From: Octopus sinensis
Taxonomy: Eukaryota
Length of the DNA: 64,000 bases
Direction: 5' to 3'
Assembly (NCBI RefSeq): GCF_006345805.1
Contig: NC_043009.1
Span: 17,112,001 to 17,176,000, forward strand
The notes beneath the pieces were generated by a model. That model was not told the DNA's origin. It was given only the letters and a program-made list of their open reading frames with translations, and did not search any database. Made by a program: the position numbers and the translations under genes. The first letter of the stretch is position 1; the number at the start of each line of letters is the position of its first letter. This document shows positions 61,235-64,000 of the stretch, piece after piece.

Positions 61235-61729
61235 TGTATATATAGTGCGTGTATGATTTTTAAATATTTCTTTTTTTCTACATTGATAATTTTGAAGATT
61301 CCAATAGACTTCTGTTAAATTAACACAGCAAATAAAACTTTAGAGAAGTCTTAAAGTAAGTATGTATGTGCATATATGTATGTATGTGTGTATGTATGTA
61401 TAAAAATGATAATACATATATATCAATATATATATGTATAACAACTAAAAGAAGCCAGTTGAACGTGTGTGTGTGTGTGTATGTTTGTTTATATTTGTGT
61501 TTTATAAATGTCATGAGTTATGAGTGGTACAGTTGCCACTTCTTCTGTCTCTCTGTCTGTCTCTCTTTATATATATACATATATAATCCTTCAAACTGCA
61601 TCCAGTAGTGGGGCCCTGCATTAGGAGTTCCCTCTAAACCTCTATTGTTCTCATTGTTCTCAGATATTCTCTGACCTAGAGTAGTAGCACCTGTCAGGAT
61701 CACAGCTCTAGATCAATTCTTTTCTATTT

Positions 61730-61938
61730 TTCTACTCTAGGCACAAGGTCCGAAATTTTTGGGGAGGGGGCCAGTCAATTAGATCAACCCCAGTACACAA
61801 CTGGTACTTAATTTATCGACCCTGAAAGGATGAAAGGCAAAGTTGACCTTGGTGGAATTTGAACTCTGAACGTAAGGACAGATGAAATACCATTAAGCAT
61901 TTCGCCCAGAGTGCTAACGTTTCTGCCAGCTCACCGCC
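61730..61938 (-). mobile_element. SINE family C copy
   Basis: GGCACAAGGTCCG..ATCGACCCTGAAAGGATGAAAGGCAAAG..TTCTGCCAGCTCACC. Confidence 0.85.
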
Positions 61939-62129
61939 TAAGCTCTAGGCCAATTAGGAAATCAGCCAGACAGATGGAGCACATCATCCTGATTGGGAAC
62001 AATCCATCTAAGAGAAGGAAAATACTGATTCTAAACTTCTGCTGCCTTGCAGCCCCAGCCAGCAATGGGAAAGGCTTTCGGAATAATCCTGAGGCAGTTC
62101 AATGTTGTTATCTACTTCCTAGTTCTGAC

Positions 62130-62580
62130 AGCTCCTGCACTGATACCAGTTCCAAATTGGTCATGATGTTCCTTTGGATCCATCAGTGAAAAATGTCAAG
62201 TATGTCCTTCAGAGTCACTCTAAGTTCAACCACAATGATTGTTTTTGGCACTTCTGGAGAGCAGGAACAAGTCTGGATGGAACAATGTTACTGTTGCCAC
62301 CTGTTCTAAAAAAGACAGGTCTACCCTTGTGATCTCTCACAGCTGCTTTTGCTTTAGGAACATTGTTTCTTTCCCTAAGAAACCTGATGCCTTTGGGTGA
62401 TGATGGCTGCTCCATATTGGCTTTAAACCTCTGCTGGGCTATCCACTTAACAATTTCTGTAAGGATCTTGTTGTGCTTCCACTTGTATTGGACTAGGGCA
62501 TCCAGTCAAAGTATGGTTCAGGATGCAAAGAGTTGCTCCACACTGCTGTCAGGATGGGTCTTCTTTGTGTTAGATTTTAA
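62130..62580 (-). mobile_element. HERO/NeSL-like LINE C-terminal remnant (CCHC and restriction-like endonuclease)
   Basis: Hand translation with frameshifts gives CGATLCILNHTLTGCP..KWKHNKILTEI..IRFLRE..PDLFLLSRSAK-TIIVVELRV. Confidence 0.55.
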
Positions 62581-64000
62581 GGTTATTTGGTGTTGACAAG
62601 AGGTCAACCCCAAATAACACACAGGAGGAAGGACAATTATTTCTGGTTACTACTTCAGAGTTCTTTCCAGGACGGTTATCACTAACGCATGTAATCATCA
62701 ACTGATGATATGCTTGATAATCAATTTAATTACTGATTATAGATTATTGAAACATACATGAAGTATTTGTAATCAATAATTTGTTTTCTGCTTCCTTCTT
62801 TTATACACACATACACACACACACACACACATAGTAATTCATTTCTTGGATGTAACCCTTGATTTGGGCACAGGTTCATATAGGCCCTACTGCAAACAGA
62901 ACAAAAGGTTGTTACTCTTCCTCACAGCCTCCTGCCATCCACTATTAGTATTTTAAAACTTTGTAAAGGGAGTCAGTGGGAAGATGTTGAATCTATCCTC
63001 CAGCAAAGGGGTCTTCAACACAGTGGTCTCCCATTATAACAAGGCTCTGGTAGCCTGCAGGTTCAAAGACAGCCTCACTTACATGCCCAGCCCTAACACC
63101 TGCAAGAGACAGTGCCACTGAAGAGTCATGTGGTTTCCACACCACCATCAATTTTTCACTCATTATGAAAATCTGGATGAGAAGGATCTTCCTTAGATTA
63201 ACTGATAAACATTTTACACTGGATCATAGGGGCAAGGTACTCATGTAGGATTTACAGTGAGTGCCCAGTAACTGGTCATTCAGCATGGAAGCCATGGTCT
63301 ATGAAACAGAAATGGGGTTGACCAATATCAATAGAGCAACAGAAATATGTTGGGGTAATGGAAGGCCCTTACAAGGCCAGATTGAATAATCAGAATTCCT
63401 CATTTAGAATCCAAGAGAGGCACAATGTTATAGTTGTAGCCAGCTATATATGACAATTAAATCAACTAGAAGTTTTTGGAGTGTTCTTGGCCATTTTCAA
63501 GTCCTATCATGTTTGTCTTTTTATACCCCAACAGCTACACTGCCAACTTGAACAATATTGCCAGAAAGTGTTGAAATTGTGATGTGTGGTCAACAACTTC
63601 AGAGAAATTGAGCTTGTATGCATGTGATGTATTTTTCTGCTTATCTGTAAATTCCTTTGTCATTCCCTTGTGTGACATTTTCGCTCATATATATGTAATA
63701 CATACACAGACATCTCAAGAATAAATAGACAGCCTTCATTATATTGTTTCATATATGCAGACATTACTTTGTACTTCAAACTTGTTAATGCATTGTGCAC
63801 AAAGCATGCCTGCTTAATACTAGATTAAGTATTTAAATGTATTGAATGATATTTTGTTTCTCTCCAAAATGATTCTGTCTCTATACCTTAAAGATGCTCG
63901 TGTATATATATTAGTGTATGTATATTTATGTATGCATGCATACATATATATGGCCAGTGCCAGTGCCACATAAATGGCATCTGTGCCAGTGACACGTAAA

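Overview
AT-rich, microsatellite- and transposon-dense animal DNA. The SINE/LINE repertoire and repeat composition look like octopus/cephalopod, which is my inference and not a database result. The only host gene I can support is the middle of a large minus-strand gene. I located 11 exons by hand between 50148 and 13456; each is AG..GT bounded, a multiple of 3 in length and phase 1-1, and together they encode about 522 aa. The domain order is EGF, cbEGF, cbEGF, Sushi, cbEGF, cbEGF, Sushi, cbEGF, cbEGF, Sushi, cbEGF, a periodic (cbEGF-cbEGF-six-Cys Sushi)n extracellular protein. Its start, signal peptide and stop were not found in the window. One exon (50023-50148) is absent from the ORF track and another (42846-42968) is only partly covered. 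The introns and flanks hold a frameshifted RTE LINE and many 5'-truncated RTE tails, R4/Dong-type LINEs, CR1/Jockey-like and HERO-like remnants, three tRNA-derived SINE families, mariner and maT remnants, hAT and piggyBac MITEs, and a non-autonomous Helitron. Three hammerhead-ribozyme motifs lie in probable Penelope-type repeats, two of them sense to the host gene. Most ORFs in the supplied track are microsatellite artefacts.
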